Of a stretch of DNA of 64,000 nucleotides, positions 29,339-38,640 are shown one piece after another. The translations under genes were made by a program, and so were the position numbers. Source of the DNA: an uncultured Eggerthellaceae bacterium (GTDB lineage: Bacteria > Actinomycetota > Coriobacteriia > Coriobacteriales > Eggerthellaceae). Where the stretch lies: positions 8,888 to 72,887 of the forward strand of contig CAZOGL010000004.1 of the NCBI GenBank assembly GCA_964579575.1. Reading direction: 5' to 3'. The notes beneath the pieces are model-generated. The model ran no database searches and was not told where the DNA came from. It was given only the letters and a program-made list of their open reading frames with translations. Position 1 is the stretch's first letter. Each line of letters opens with the position of its first letter.

Positions 29339-29408
29339 AGTTTTGGTCCTAAAACTTTGGCCCTCAATTTGGTCTTAAAGCTTTGGTCCTAAGATTCCGG
29401 TTCTTTAG
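29327..29408. repeat. Six tandem, diverging copies of a 13-15-nt unit that begins with the last codons and stop of the ABC gene
   Basis: ttccggtcctaaag / ttttggtcctaaaa / ctttggccctcaa / tttggtcttaaag / ctttggtcctaag / attccggttctttag. The true stop TAA is at 29336-29338, inside unit 1. Confidence 0.85.
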
Positions 29409-29580
29409 ACGTCACCCCTTAAGGACGACAGCCTAAAGCTTGAGTCCTTTGGACGAATGCGTCTCGATTACCTTTGAAACGGCCGCACTTCGAACACGGG
29501 CGCAAGTGGGAGCGTGCGGCTGCGTTATACTGCGTGTGTACAAAACGACGTTAAGGCGAAGTACCGTAAGGAGGTGGCCC

Positions 29581-31434
29581 GTGGCTGGTGGTCGAATCAG
29601 CGATGAAGACATTCAGAAAGTCCGCGAAGCTACCGACATTGTTGCGCTTGTAGGGGAGCGTGTCCCCGTCAAACAGCGTGGACGTGACTTTTGGTGCTGT
29701 TGCCCCCTCCATAACGAGAAGTCCCCGTCTTTCAAAATGGACCCAGTCACACAACTTTGGCATTGCTTTGGCTGCCATGAGGGCGGTGACGTGTTCGGCT
29801 ACGTCATGAAGACGGAGGATCTTACGTTTCCCGAGGCGGTACGACGTTTGGCAGAGCGTGCCCATATCGAGATCGCTGAGACCCAGGCCAGAGGGAAAAG
29901 CGTCAATTCGAGTCGTAAGGCCCGCTTGAAAGACGTCTGCAAGGAGACTGCCGAGTACTACCACACCCAACTTATGCGTAGCCGCGACGACGGTGCCGCC
30001 AAGGCGCGTGCCTATCTTGCGGGTCGCAACCTCGGTGGATCGGTCCCAAAGACGTGGAACCTCGGATATGCGCCCGGTCGTGGCTCCTTGGTGCGCCATC
30101 TTATCGCTAAGGGGTTCAAACCTGATGAGCTCATCGAGGCAAACGTTGCCTTGACGGGGCGTGATGGGAAGTTGCGTGATCGGTTCTACGAACGCGTGAT
30201 GTTTCCGATCAACGATATCCAGGGAGATTGCATCGCCTTCGGCGGTCGCATTATGGGCGATGGCCAACCGAAATACCTCAACAGCCAAGAAACCCCTATC
30301 TTTCACAAGTCTGAGGTGTTGTTTGGCCTCGACCATGCAAAGGGCGCCATGACCTCTACTGGTATCGCTGTCGTGGTTGAGGGCTATACCGACGTCATCG
30401 CCTGTCATGAGGCGGGCATGTGCAATGTGGTCGCAACTCTTGGCACCGCGTTGACGCGCCAACATATCCGCGTCCTCTCGCGCCATGCGAAAAACGCCAT
30501 CGTGTATCTTTTTGACGGAGACAGCGCAGGCCAGCGTGCAGCAGATCGCGCCCTTGGGTTCATCGATTCCAGCATGACGCCGGAGGGGGCTCGCAATCCG
30601 ATAGAGTTGCGCGCCGTCACCCTGCCCGATGATCTCGACCCCGCAGATTTCATCGCCAAGCGTGGTGTCGAGGAGCTCCAGAAAATCATCTCGTCGTCGA
30701 AGCAGCTGTTGCAATACGGCATCGACAGGCGTATCGCTGCCCACGACCTATCGACCCCTGAGGGGCGCGGTGCGGCAATGCATGACGCCCTCGCCATCCT
30801 TGCCCCGATCAAGGACTCGGTACTTGCCCAACAATACGCCATGGAGATCGCAAGCCTTACTCGTATGCGTGAGGGGGACGTGCTCGAGGCGCTTGGGCGT
30901 CTTAAGGCTCCCCAACACTTCCATGAGGAGACTTCGGAGCCGACGGAAGGTAGTGGTCGCCGCGTCCAAGCGCAAAGGACGAGCGAAGCTAGCCTGTCCG
31001 CGTCTGAGCGAAATAGACGCGCCGTCGAGCGCAACCTGCTTGCGCTTTGCGTGCGAAACCCCGAGGTTGCGATCGAGCATGCGAACTCCCTGGCCGGAAC
31101 GCAATGGCATGATGCGATGAACGCCCAGATCGCGTCGTCGCTCTTGGATGCTCTTGATGACAACCCCCAAGCGAAGCCGGCAAGCCTTGTCGCGTTTTGT
31201 GTCTCACGCGTTCCCGCGGCGGGGTCGGTTTTGACCGAGCCGCAATTTGACGAGGGGATAGATCCGTCTAGGATGGCAAAGTTTCTTTGCGAGGAGATCG
31301 CTATCGGGGACATGGAGGATTCCATCGCGAGTTTGCGCGCCCAGATGGCGGGAAGCGATGACGGTCTGTTCGAGGTTGTCTCTGCGATGCAAAAAGATCT
31401 TGAGGTACGGCGGGCGAACCACCGCCCGCTCTAG
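29581..31434 (+). CDS. dnaG: DNA primase
   Basis: GTG at 29581, 6 nt after AAGGAGG. Zinc finger CCCPLHNEKSPSF...CFGC. TOPRIM motif VVEGYTDV. Confidence 0.93.
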   Translation: MAGGRISDEDIQKVREATDIVALVGERVPVKQRGRDFWCCCPLHNEKSPSFKMDPVTQLWHCFGCHEGGDVFGYVMKTEDLTFPEAVRRLAERAHIEIAETQARGKSVNSSRKARLKDVCKETAEYYHTQLMRSRDDGAAKARAYLAGRNLGGSVPKTWNLGYAPGRGSLVRHLIAKGFKPDELIEANVALTGRDGKLRDRFYERVMFPINDIQGDCIAFGGRIMGDGQPKYLNSQETPIFHKSEVLFGLDHAKGAMTSTGIAVVVEGYTDVIACHEAGMCNVVATLGTALTRQHIRVLSRHAKNAIVYLFDGDSAGQRAADRALGFIDSSMTPEGARNPIELRAVTLPDDLDPADFIAKRGVEELQKIISSSKQLLQYGIDRRIAAHDLSTPEGRGAAMHDALAILAPIKDSVLAQQYAMEIASLTRMREGDVLEALGRLKAPQHFHEETSEPTEGSGRRVQAQRTSEASLSASERNRRAVERNLLALCVRNPEVAIEHANSLAGTQWHDAMNAQIASSLLDALDDNPQAKPASLVAFCVSRVPAAGSVLTEPQFDEGIDPSRMAKFLCEEIAIGDMEDSIASLRAQMAGSDDGLFEVVSAMQKDLEVRRANHRPL

Positions 31435-31493
31435 AGATTAGGTAGTTGACGTTGCCGTATCGGCACGAATGTGTACGTAAAAGGAGAACTAAC

Positions 31494-32021
31494 ATGTTGA
31501 AGGTTGTTATCGCCCCGGATTCGATTCTGAACACCGTGTGCGATCCGTGTACGGTGGGGGACCCCACGTTGAAGGGTCTCGCAGAGCAGATGGCTGAGAC
31601 GATGTATGAATCCAACGGATGCGGTCTTGCGGGACCCCAGGTCGGTGTCACGAAGCGCATCGTCGTCATCGATTGCGACGATTCCGAGGTTCGAAATCCT
31701 ATAACCTTGGTCAACCCCGTGCTTGTTGAGACAAAGGGCAACAAGGTGTGCGGGGAGGAAGGATGCCTTTCGTTGCCCGGCATCACGGTCGAGATTTCCC
31801 GTCCTGAATGGGCTCGTGTGACCTATTTTGACCTTGAGGGGAACGCTTGTGAGATCTCCGGCGACGGGCTTTTGGGACGTTGCCTCCAACATGAGCTTGA
31901 CCACCTTGACGGCAAGACCATGCTCGAAAGCTGTAATCCCCTCAACCGCCTTAAAGCGTTGCGCGACTATGAGACCGCGCTTGCTTCGGGCGCCCGCCCC
32001 GGTGAGACTTCTGTCAGATAG
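31494..32021 (+). CDS. def: Peptide deformylase
   Basis: ATG at 31494 after AAGGAG. Motifs GLAGPQVG, EGCLSLPG, HELDHL. Confidence 0.94.
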   Translation: MLKVVIAPDSILNTVCDPCTVGDPTLKGLAEQMAETMYESNGCGLAGPQVGVTKRIVVIDCDDSEVRNPITLVNPVLVETKGNKVCGEEGCLSLPGITVEISRPEWARVTYFDLEGNACEISGDGLLGRCLQHELDHLDGKTMLESCNPLNRLKALRDYETALASGARPGETSVR

Positions 32022-32054
32022 ATTTTGTGACTGCGTTAGAAACGGAGATTTGGC

Positions 32055-33014
32055 ATGCGCATTGTGTTCATGGGTACGCCTGCCTATGCGGCTACCATTC
32101 TGGAAGAGATCTCATATCAACATGACGTAGCCTGCGTCTATACGCGACCTGATGCGGTTCGCGGACGTGGCAAGGCCAAGGTCCCCTCAGAGGTCAAGCA
32201 GACGGCGACTCGTTTGGGACTCGAGGTGAGGACTCCCTCTACGTTGCGCGATGAGGCGGTAGTGGAGGAGTTGCGCTCTTGGGATGCCGATGCCTTCGTC
32301 GTTGCGGCGTATGGCGCCATTTTGACTTCGGAAGTGCTTTCCATACCACGCCTGGTGTGCCTTAACGCCCACGCTTCCATCCTTCCTCGCTGGCGAGGTG
32401 CCGCACCTATCGAGCGCGCGATCCTTGCTGGTGACGATAAGGTAGGCGTCTGCATCATGCGTATGGAGGAAGGACTCGACACGGGAGATTGGTGTGTATG
32501 CCGTACGACCGAGATTGCTGACAAGACGGCAGGGGAGTTGACTGCCGAGCTTGCGGATCTTGGAGCCCGAGCGATGCTGACCGCCCTCAGTATTGTGGAA
32601 TCTGGGGCCGCTCGTTGGGAGGTCCAAGGCGAGGAGGGTGTTACCTACGCCAAAAAGATCGAAAAGCATGAGCTTGATATTGCCCCATCCGATGACGTCA
32701 TGACGGCTTGGCGGAAGGTGCAAGCCTCAGGCGTTGCCCATCCCAGTCGCATCTCAGTAGGAGGAAAGTCCTTGACGATTCTTTCTGCTCGCCCCGTAGA
32801 TGACGCCCATCCAGCCGTCTCAGCTTTGGGCTCGCTTGACTTGGAAAGCGGAAGCGTCCGTCTCGCTGCAAAATGCCTCGTAATCGGGTTAAAAGATGGC
32901 GCGCTTGAGCTTGTACGGGTCAAACCTGATGGGAAGCGGGAGATGGAGGGCGTTGCCTTTGCGAGTGGCCTCCAAGGTCTAAAGCTTGGTGGCGTCACGT
33001 GGGAGCAGTTGTAA
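32055..33014 (+). CDS. fmt: Methionyl-tRNA formyltransferase
   Basis: 319 aa. Conserved def-fmt pairing. Motif HASILPRWRGAAPI. Confidence 0.94.
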   Translation: MRIVFMGTPAYAATILEEISYQHDVACVYTRPDAVRGRGKAKVPSEVKQTATRLGLEVRTPSTLRDEAVVEELRSWDADAFVVAAYGAILTSEVLSIPRLVCLNAHASILPRWRGAAPIERAILAGDDKVGVCIMRMEEGLDTGDWCVCRTTEIADKTAGELTAELADLGARAMLTALSIVESGAARWEVQGEEGVTYAKKIEKHELDIAPSDDVMTAWRKVQASGVAHPSRISVGGKSLTILSARPVDDAHPAVSALGSLDLESGSVRLAAKCLVIGLKDGALELVRVKPDGKREMEGVAFASGLQGLKLGGVTWEQL

Positions 33015-34429
33015 TGTCTGGAACTTGGAAAGAGCGCGAACGCGAAATGTGCCATGCCAGCCGTGCGCGCCTTATCGCATACGATGTGGTCTCTGAGGTT
33101 CGTCGTCGTCGTGCCTTTGCGCACAACGTGCTCGATGCGCGACTCGCTTATGAGAAGGGATTGCCCCCGGAGGAGCGCGCGTTTGCCATCACCCTCGTAC
33201 TTGGCGTGACGCAGACAGCGGGGACGCTTGATGAGGTCATCACCTCCGTGCTCAACGATTCGCGCGACGTGCAACCTGATGTGTGGGACGCCTTGCGTAT
33301 CAGCACCTACGAGATCTTGTTTCTCGATAAGGACCCGTATGCCGCGGTCGACCAGGGCGTGGAGCTTGTTCGCTCCTTCAATCCCCGGGCGAAAAACCTT
33401 GCGAACGCCGTCCTTCGCCGCGTATCACGCGTCAGCAAGGATTTTCCTTTCGGTGATCCCGATGCCGACCTTTCCGCGTTTGCGCGTAGCGTCGGTTTCC
33501 CACTTTGGCTTGCCGAGTTGTTGGTGTCTCGCCTTGGAAAGGAGAAAGCCCAGGAGTTCATGAGGGCCTCAAACGAGCCGGCCCCGGTGTTCATGGCGGT
33601 CAACCTAGCAAAAGCGGGAGATCGCGAGGTATTCGAGACGTTACGGGACGCAAATGCTGAGCCTGAGACGTACTCGTTCGAGGACCAGGTCGTTCCCGGT
33701 TGCTTTCTCATTAAAAACAGCCACGCGCTCTCTGACGGTCGCGTCAAGCACCTGTTCCAAACGGGTAAGGTCCTTGTGTCCGATGCCGCGTCGCAATACA
33801 TCGCAGCCATGGCCGCGCAAACCGCATACGGCAGCCGGTGTCGCGAGGAAGACGACGAGGTCAAATTCCTCGAAATCGGTGCTGGGCGCGCAACCAAGAC
33901 CATCCTGCTCCAAAGCCAATCGAAACGCATCAAGGGCCGCTATCTCTCTATGACCTGCATCGACAATCAGGATTTCAAGGTCAATCTACTTCGCAAGCGT
34001 CTTGTCGAGTACGGCTTGCCGAAGGCGCGTGCCAAGGTTGCCGATGGCACAAAGCTTCTTGACTCCTTCGAGGCTTGTTCCTACGACGCGGTCTTTCTCG
34101 ATGCCCCTTGCACCGGTATCGGCACGCTCCGTCGCCACCCTGAAATTCGTTGGCGTGTGGATAAGGACGCGATTCTTGAGTCGGCCAGGTTACAATCAGC
34201 CCTGTTGTCCAATGCGGCAGAGATGGTGAAGCCTGGTGGCGTTTTGGTGTATGCGACATGCACGGTGACCTACGAGGAGAACGTCGGCGTCGTCAAGACC
34301 TTCCTTGAGACCGACCTCGGGAGCAAGTTCCGCGTCGCGCCTATCAACGGCAAGGCTGCGTTTGTTTCTGAGCTCTCCCATGGGAAAAGCGATGCCCATT
34401 TTGCGGTCCGCATGGTCCGTCTGTCCTGA
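33014..34429 (+). CDS. rsmB: 16S rRNA (cytosine967-C5)-methyltransferase
   Basis: The ATG overlaps the fmt stop (TAATG). NusB-like N-terminus plus a SAM methyltransferase domain (DAPCTGIGTLRRHPE, YATCT). Confidence 0.9.
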   Translation: MSGTWKEREREMCHASRARLIAYDVVSEVRRRRAFAHNVLDARLAYEKGLPPEERAFAITLVLGVTQTAGTLDEVITSVLNDSRDVQPDVWDALRISTYEILFLDKDPYAAVDQGVELVRSFNPRAKNLANAVLRRVSRVSKDFPFGDPDADLSAFARSVGFPLWLAELLVSRLGKEKAQEFMRASNEPAPVFMAVNLAKAGDREVFETLRDANAEPETYSFEDQVVPGCFLIKNSHALSDGRVKHLFQTGKVLVSDAASQYIAAMAAQTAYGSRCREEDDEVKFLEIGAGRATKTILLQSQSKRIKGRYLSMTCIDNQDFKVNLLRKRLVEYGLPKARAKVADGTKLLDSFEACSYDAVFLDAPCTGIGTLRRHPEIRWRVDKDAILESARLQSALLSNAAEMVKPGGVLVYATCTVTYEENVGVVKTFLETDLGSKFRVAPINGKAAFVSELSHGKSDAHFAVRMVRLS

Positions 34430-34467
34430 GGACTCGAAGATAAGCCCGGCGACGCAAAGCGCCGGAT

Positions 34468-34525
34468 GGTTGCTAACAGGTTGATGGCGGGTTGACGGCA
34501 GGCTTGATGGCGGATTGACGATGGA
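34468..34525. repeat. Five tandem copies of an 11-12-nt unit downstream of rsmB
   Basis: ggttgctaacag / gttgatggcgg / gttgacggcagg / cttgatggcgg / attgacgatgga. Confidence 0.75.
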
Positions 34526-34540
34526 GGGGTCGCAGTTCGT

Positions 34541-34650
34541 CTTAGAGGCGCTCGACCTGTTCGTCTCGCTCTGCCCTTAGGGGAGCGCGACCTGTTCGAC
34601 CCCTAGGCCTACGGGCGCTCGACTTGCTCTGCCCTTAGAGGCGCTCGATC
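34541..34650. repeat. Four diverged tandem copies (26-35 nt) of the 3' end plus stop codon of the - strand gene 34635-35467
   Basis: cttagaggcgctcgacct (34541), cccttaggggagcgcgacct (34574), ccctaggcctacgggcgctcgactt (34601) and cccttagaggcgctcgatct (34632). The last contains the real stop, tta at 34635-34637. Confidence 0.8.
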
Positions 34651-35467
34651 TTGACGCGGGCCTCATTGACAACCGGAAGCTTGTTGCCGTTGTCAATGAC
34701 GAACTGGTAGGCCCTGCGTGCCCCTTCGATATCTCCCTGGCCTTCAAGGATTCCCCCAAGCGCGTCGTAATCAAGTACGCGGATGCGCTGGGGGGTGGAG
34801 GAGGCAACAACCACGCCCTCGAACAGGCTCCTCAGTTTGTCGGTATCTCCGTTTGCCAACGAATTCAACAAGGAGATCTCGAAATTCAGGAAAGCAATCT
34901 TGTCTTTTACCTCGTCAGATTCGTTGCCAGCCAAAAGCTCTTGGGCTTCACGGGCAAGGGTGAGGGCGTCATTTGCCCCATGGAGACGCAAGGTCAAAGG
35001 CTCGATATTGATAAGGATTCCGGCGCGAGCGGCGTTAGGCGTCCCCTCCGGGATGTGCTCAAGCATCATCTGCTCCATCATTTGAGCGTCTTCGGTAGCA
35101 CCAGTATCGACACAGGCAAGGGCGAAGGGGGCCAAAAACCATGCGCCCAACTCCGTGGTACCCCTTGCGTAGCATTCCCCATAAATCGCGGCTGCCGCTT
35201 GCTTGCCTTGCGCGCGGAAAGCCTCGGGGTCGCATTTCTCGTTGTATTGCGCCAAAGCCTCCTCGGCTTCACGCTCGGCGCGATTCGAGAAGTATCTGCC
35301 CGTTATAAATAAAAGCAACAGCATGCAGACAAGGAAGGTGATGCCGCCGTAGATGCCCGACATCAAATTGATGCCGAACGCAAGCCAAAGCACTCCGATG
35401 ATGACAATGGGCACGCCAAAAGATATCGCATAGCACATCGCACGATAGTTTTTGAAATAGGCAAGCA
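34635..35467 (-). CDS. Hypothetical membrane protein (two N-terminal transmembrane helices plus helical-repeat-like cytoplasmic domain)
   Basis: Start chosen at the ATG at 35467, 5 nt after GGAGG. The track ORF extends to 35504. I recognise no family motif. Confidence 0.55.
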
Positions 35468-35639
35468 TGGGTACCTCCATGGGATACGGGTGTTTCGTGT
35501 CCATACTACCATCAAAGGATGAAACCTCAGGTTCTCCAAAAAATAATTGCCTTTGCGCCGCTTGGTCCTTCTTTTGTCAAATGTGGACTTCCTCGCCTTT
35601 GCGCGCTTGCAATACGTCTATAATTCAAAACGTCCTTTA

Positions 35640-35750
35640 AATGCGGTACAGAGAGACCGACAAGGCATACGCGCGATGAGCGCCCAAAGAAAAAAGGGCG
35701 CGCAACACGAAGCCTTTGTAGTCGCGGAGGCTTATTTATTATCTCCGCGA
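35640..35750 (+). promoter_or_regulatory. Candidate PyrR-binding leader / transcription attenuator of the pyr operon
   Basis: Hairpin aUGC-GGUACAGAGAGACC-...-GCAU (35641-35669) resembles the PyrR loop consensus ARUCCAGAGAGGYU, quoted from memory. Downstream hairpin aagccu...aggcuu + AUUUAUUAU (35710-35740) overlaps an alternative hairpin cgcggag...cuccgcg (35723-35749). A TATAAT box lies at 35619-35624. Confidence 0.5.
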
Positions 35751-35811
35751 AGACAACAGCGCAATTTGCGCTTCGGCCCGCTGTACGCACTCGACTCGCA
35801 GGAGGGTGTGT

Positions 35812-36414
35812 ATGACCGAAGACCAGAAGGTCAGATCCGTTTGTATGCAAGCGGATGACATAGAGCGCGCTATTACGCGCATGGCCCACCAGATCCTTGA
35901 GGCCAACAAGGGTGCTGAGAATCTTGCACTCGTTGGAATCGTCACCCGCGGAGATGTTTTGGCAAAGCGCCTTGCTGCCCGCATTGAGGGAATCGAGGGC
36001 ATTCCTGTTCCTCTCGGGCGGCTTGATATCAGTTTTTACCGCGATGACGTCGCCACGTATTTCTCACCGGAAGTGCACTCCACCCACATCCCCTTCAACC
36101 TTGACGGCATGAAGGTCGTCCTCGTGGACGACGTGTTGTACACCGGTCGAACGATTCGTGCAGCGCTTGACGCGTTGATGGACATCGGTCGTCCCTCCTG
36201 CGTCCAACTCGCTGTGCTTATCGACCGTGGCCACCGTGAGCTACCTATCCGCGCTGACTACGTCGGGAAGAACGTCCCGTCTTCGACCGCGGAGAATATC
36301 CGCTTGTTGCTTGAGGAAACGGACGGCAAAAGCGAGGTCGAGATCCTCGAGGTGACTCCTGGCCAACATGTAGGCGCCGCTCCCTTGCCGAAATCGACCA
36401 AGGAAGGGGAGTGA
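35812..36414 (+). CDS. pyrR: Bifunctional pyrimidine operon regulator / uracil phosphoribosyltransferase PyrR
   Basis: ATG at 35812, 5 nt after GGAGGG. PRTase motif [13 protein letters not shown]. Confidence 0.92.
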   Translation: MTEDQKVRSVCMQADDIERAITRMAHQILEANKGAENLALVGIVTRGDVLAKRLAARIEGIEGIPVPLGRLDISFYRDDVATYFSPEVHSTHIPFNLDGMKVVLVDDVLYTGRTIRAALDALMDIGRPSCVQLAVLIDRGHRELPIRADYVGKNVPSSTAENIRLLLEETDGKSEVEILEVTPGQHVGAAPLPKSTKEGE

Positions 36415-37364
36415 GACCCGTGGCCTTCAATCACCGCCACCTCATCGATATCAACGAGTATTCGGCTGAGGACATCACCACGATTCTTGACACCGCCACG
36501 CGCTTTCGCGAGGTGAACGAGCGACGGATTAAGAAGGTCCCGGCTCTCCAAGGGTTCACGGTCGTCAATATGTTCAACGAGCCCTCCACGCGCACGCGCA
36601 GCTCTTTTGAGATGGCGGAGAAACGCCTGTCGTGCGACACGCTCAACTTCGGCGGTTCCGCAACGTCCTCCGTCAAGGGAGAGAGCCTCGTGGACACGGT
36701 CAAGACGCTTTGCTCCTACAAGGTCGACCTGTTCGTTGTGCGCGATAAACATGCAGGCGCTCCCTACAAGGTCGCCCAGGCCAGCGGCAAGCCGGTCATT
36801 TGCGCTGGTGACGGGAAACACCAACACCCAACGCAGGCTCTCCTCGATCTGTATTCCATACGAGACCATTTTGGACGCCTTGAAGGACTCAATGTCGGTA
36901 TCGTGGGTGATATCGCCCACAGTCGCGTATGCGGCAGCCTTATTCCAGCTCTTAAAACCATGGGAGCTCGTGTCGCGATCATTGCACCTAACACGCTTTT
37001 GCCGGCGCGTCCTGACGTTCTTGGCGCCGACTTTGTGACTAACAACCTTGATGAGGTCCTGCCCGAGCTCGATGTCGTCTACATGTTGCGCATCCAACGC
37101 GAACGCCTTGAGGGGGCGCCGTTCCCCAGCCTTCGCGAGTACAGCCAACTCTTCGGTCTCAACGAGCAACGTGACAAGCTCATGAAACCCGAGGCGATCA
37201 TTTGCCACCCAGGGCCTATCAATCGCGGTGTGGAGCTTGACAGCTTCATGGCCGACAACCCTGCGCGCTCGGTCATCCTCGACCAGGTCTACGCAGGGAT
37301 CTTAGTACGTATGGCAGCACTTTACCTGCTGTTAGGAGGGAGCGATTATGGCGTTGATGCTTAA
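36411..37364 (+). CDS. pyrB: Aspartate carbamoyltransferase catalytic subunit
   Basis: The GTG overlaps the pyrR stop (GTGA). Motifs EPSTRTR and HPTQ. Confidence 0.94.
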   Translation: MRPVAFNHRHLIDINEYSAEDITTILDTATRFREVNERRIKKVPALQGFTVVNMFNEPSTRTRSSFEMAEKRLSCDTLNFGGSATSSVKGESLVDTVKTLCSYKVDLFVVRDKHAGAPYKVAQASGKPVICAGDGKHQHPTQALLDLYSIRDHFGRLEGLNVGIVGDIAHSRVCGSLIPALKTMGARVAIIAPNTLLPARPDVLGADFVTNNLDEVLPELDVVYMLRIQRERLEGAPFPSLREYSQLFGLNEQRDKLMKPEAIICHPGPINRGVELDSFMADNPARSVILDQVYAGILVRMAALYLLLGGSDYGVDA

Positions 37365-38640
37365 AGGTGCGCGGTTCATCGACCCGCAGGTAGGACTTGA
37401 CGAAGTTTGCGACATGCTCATTCGTGATGGTCTCATTGTCGAGATTGGCCACGACCTTGATATGCCGAAGGGGGTTGAGCGAGACCTCGGCGGCAAGATC
37501 GTCGTACCGGGCCTGGTGGATTGCCATGTACATTTCCGCGACCCCGGTCTTGAGTACAAGGAGGACATCGTTACCGGATCGCGCGCGGCAGCACACGGCG
37601 GATTTACCGGAGTATGCACCATGCCGAACACAGATCCTGTCACCGATACCGGCGCCGTTGTCGAGTACGTACGCTCCAAGGCGGAGCGTGACGGCAAATG
37701 TCGCGTCTATCCGAGCGGCGCGTGCACCCAAGGGCTGAAAGGCGAGACCCTGTCTGAGATGGGCGACATGGTTGAGCATGGTGCCGTCGCATTCACCGAT
37801 GACGGGCGTGGCGTCCAAGATAGCGGCATGATGAGGCGCGTTATGGATTATGCGGTCCAATTTGGCAAGGTCGTCATGAGTCATTGCCAGGACGAGAGCC
37901 TTGTCGGCCCCGGCCAGATTAATGAGGGCGCACGTTCAACGAGCCTCGGTCTTGCGGGTTGGCCCGCCGAAGGCGAGGAGATCCAGATTCAGCGAGATAT
38001 TGCCCTTTCCCGTCTTACGGGGTGTCCTTTGCATATCCAACACATTACGACGAAGCGAGGTCTCGACCTTGTGCGTCGAGCGAAGGAAGAGGGCTTGTCG
38101 GTGACTTGCGAGGCCACACCCCACCACCTGTTCCTCAACGAGAACGACATTGAGGCCACCTACGATACCAACCTCAAGGTCAATCCACCCCTGCGCACGC
38201 CTGAGGACAACATGGTCCTCATTGCGGGTGTCGTGGACGGCACGATCGATTGCATCGCCACTGACCATGCTCCGCATGCCGACTATGAGAAGGATCGCGA
38301 GTTCGAGCTTGCTCCTTTCGGGATGACCGGCATCGAGACTGCTCTCGGAGCCGTCATCACCGGTCTTGTCAAACCCGGGCTTATCAATTGGAACCGCATG
38401 GTTGAGCTGATGGCCATAAACCCACGCAAGATTCTTGGCATCGATCCGGTCAAGCTTGCGCCGGGGTACGTCGCCGATCTTACCGTGATCGACCCCGATT
38501 TCGAGTGGACGGTCGTTAAGGAAGAATTCGAGTCGAAGTCGAACAATTGCGGCTTCCTCGGTAAGAAGTTTGTCGGTCGAGCGACTGATGTCTATGTTGG
38601 AGGTTACGCAACAATGGAGGAGGGAGTCATCGTTGAGTAA
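37348..38640 (+). CDS. pyrC: Dihydroorotase
   Basis: 430 aa. DCHVHFRDPG metal-binding motif. AGGAGGG before the ATG. Confidence 0.94.
   Translation: MALMLKGARFIDPQVGLDEVCDMLIRDGLIVEIGHDLDMPKGVERDLGGKIVVPGLVDCHVHFRDPGLEYKEDIVTGSRAAAHGGFTGVCTMPNTDPVTDTGAVVEYVRSKAERDGKCRVYPSGACTQGLKGETLSEMGDMVEHGAVAFTDDGRGVQDSGMMRRVMDYAVQFGKVVMSHCQDESLVGPGQINEGARSTSLGLAGWPAEGEEIQIQRDIALSRLTGCPLHIQHITTKRGLDLVRRAKEEGLSVTCEATPHHLFLNENDIEATYDTNLKVNPPLRTPEDNMVLIAGVVDGTIDCIATDHAPHADYEKDREFELAPFGMTGIETALGAVITGLVKPGLINWNRMVELMAINPRKILGIDPVKLAPGYVADLTVIDPDFEWTVVKEEFESKSNNCGFLGKKFVGRATDVYVGGYATMEEGVIVE

Noticed and set aside
29327-29408. Tandem repeat arrays (also 34468-34650, 52910-53008, 47-236) as possible CRISPR arrays or dispersed REP/MITE elements.
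   Set aside because: The units are 11-56 nt and directly abutting, with no unique spacers. They diverge from copy to copy, there are no cas genes, and each locus has a private unit derived from the adjacent gene end.
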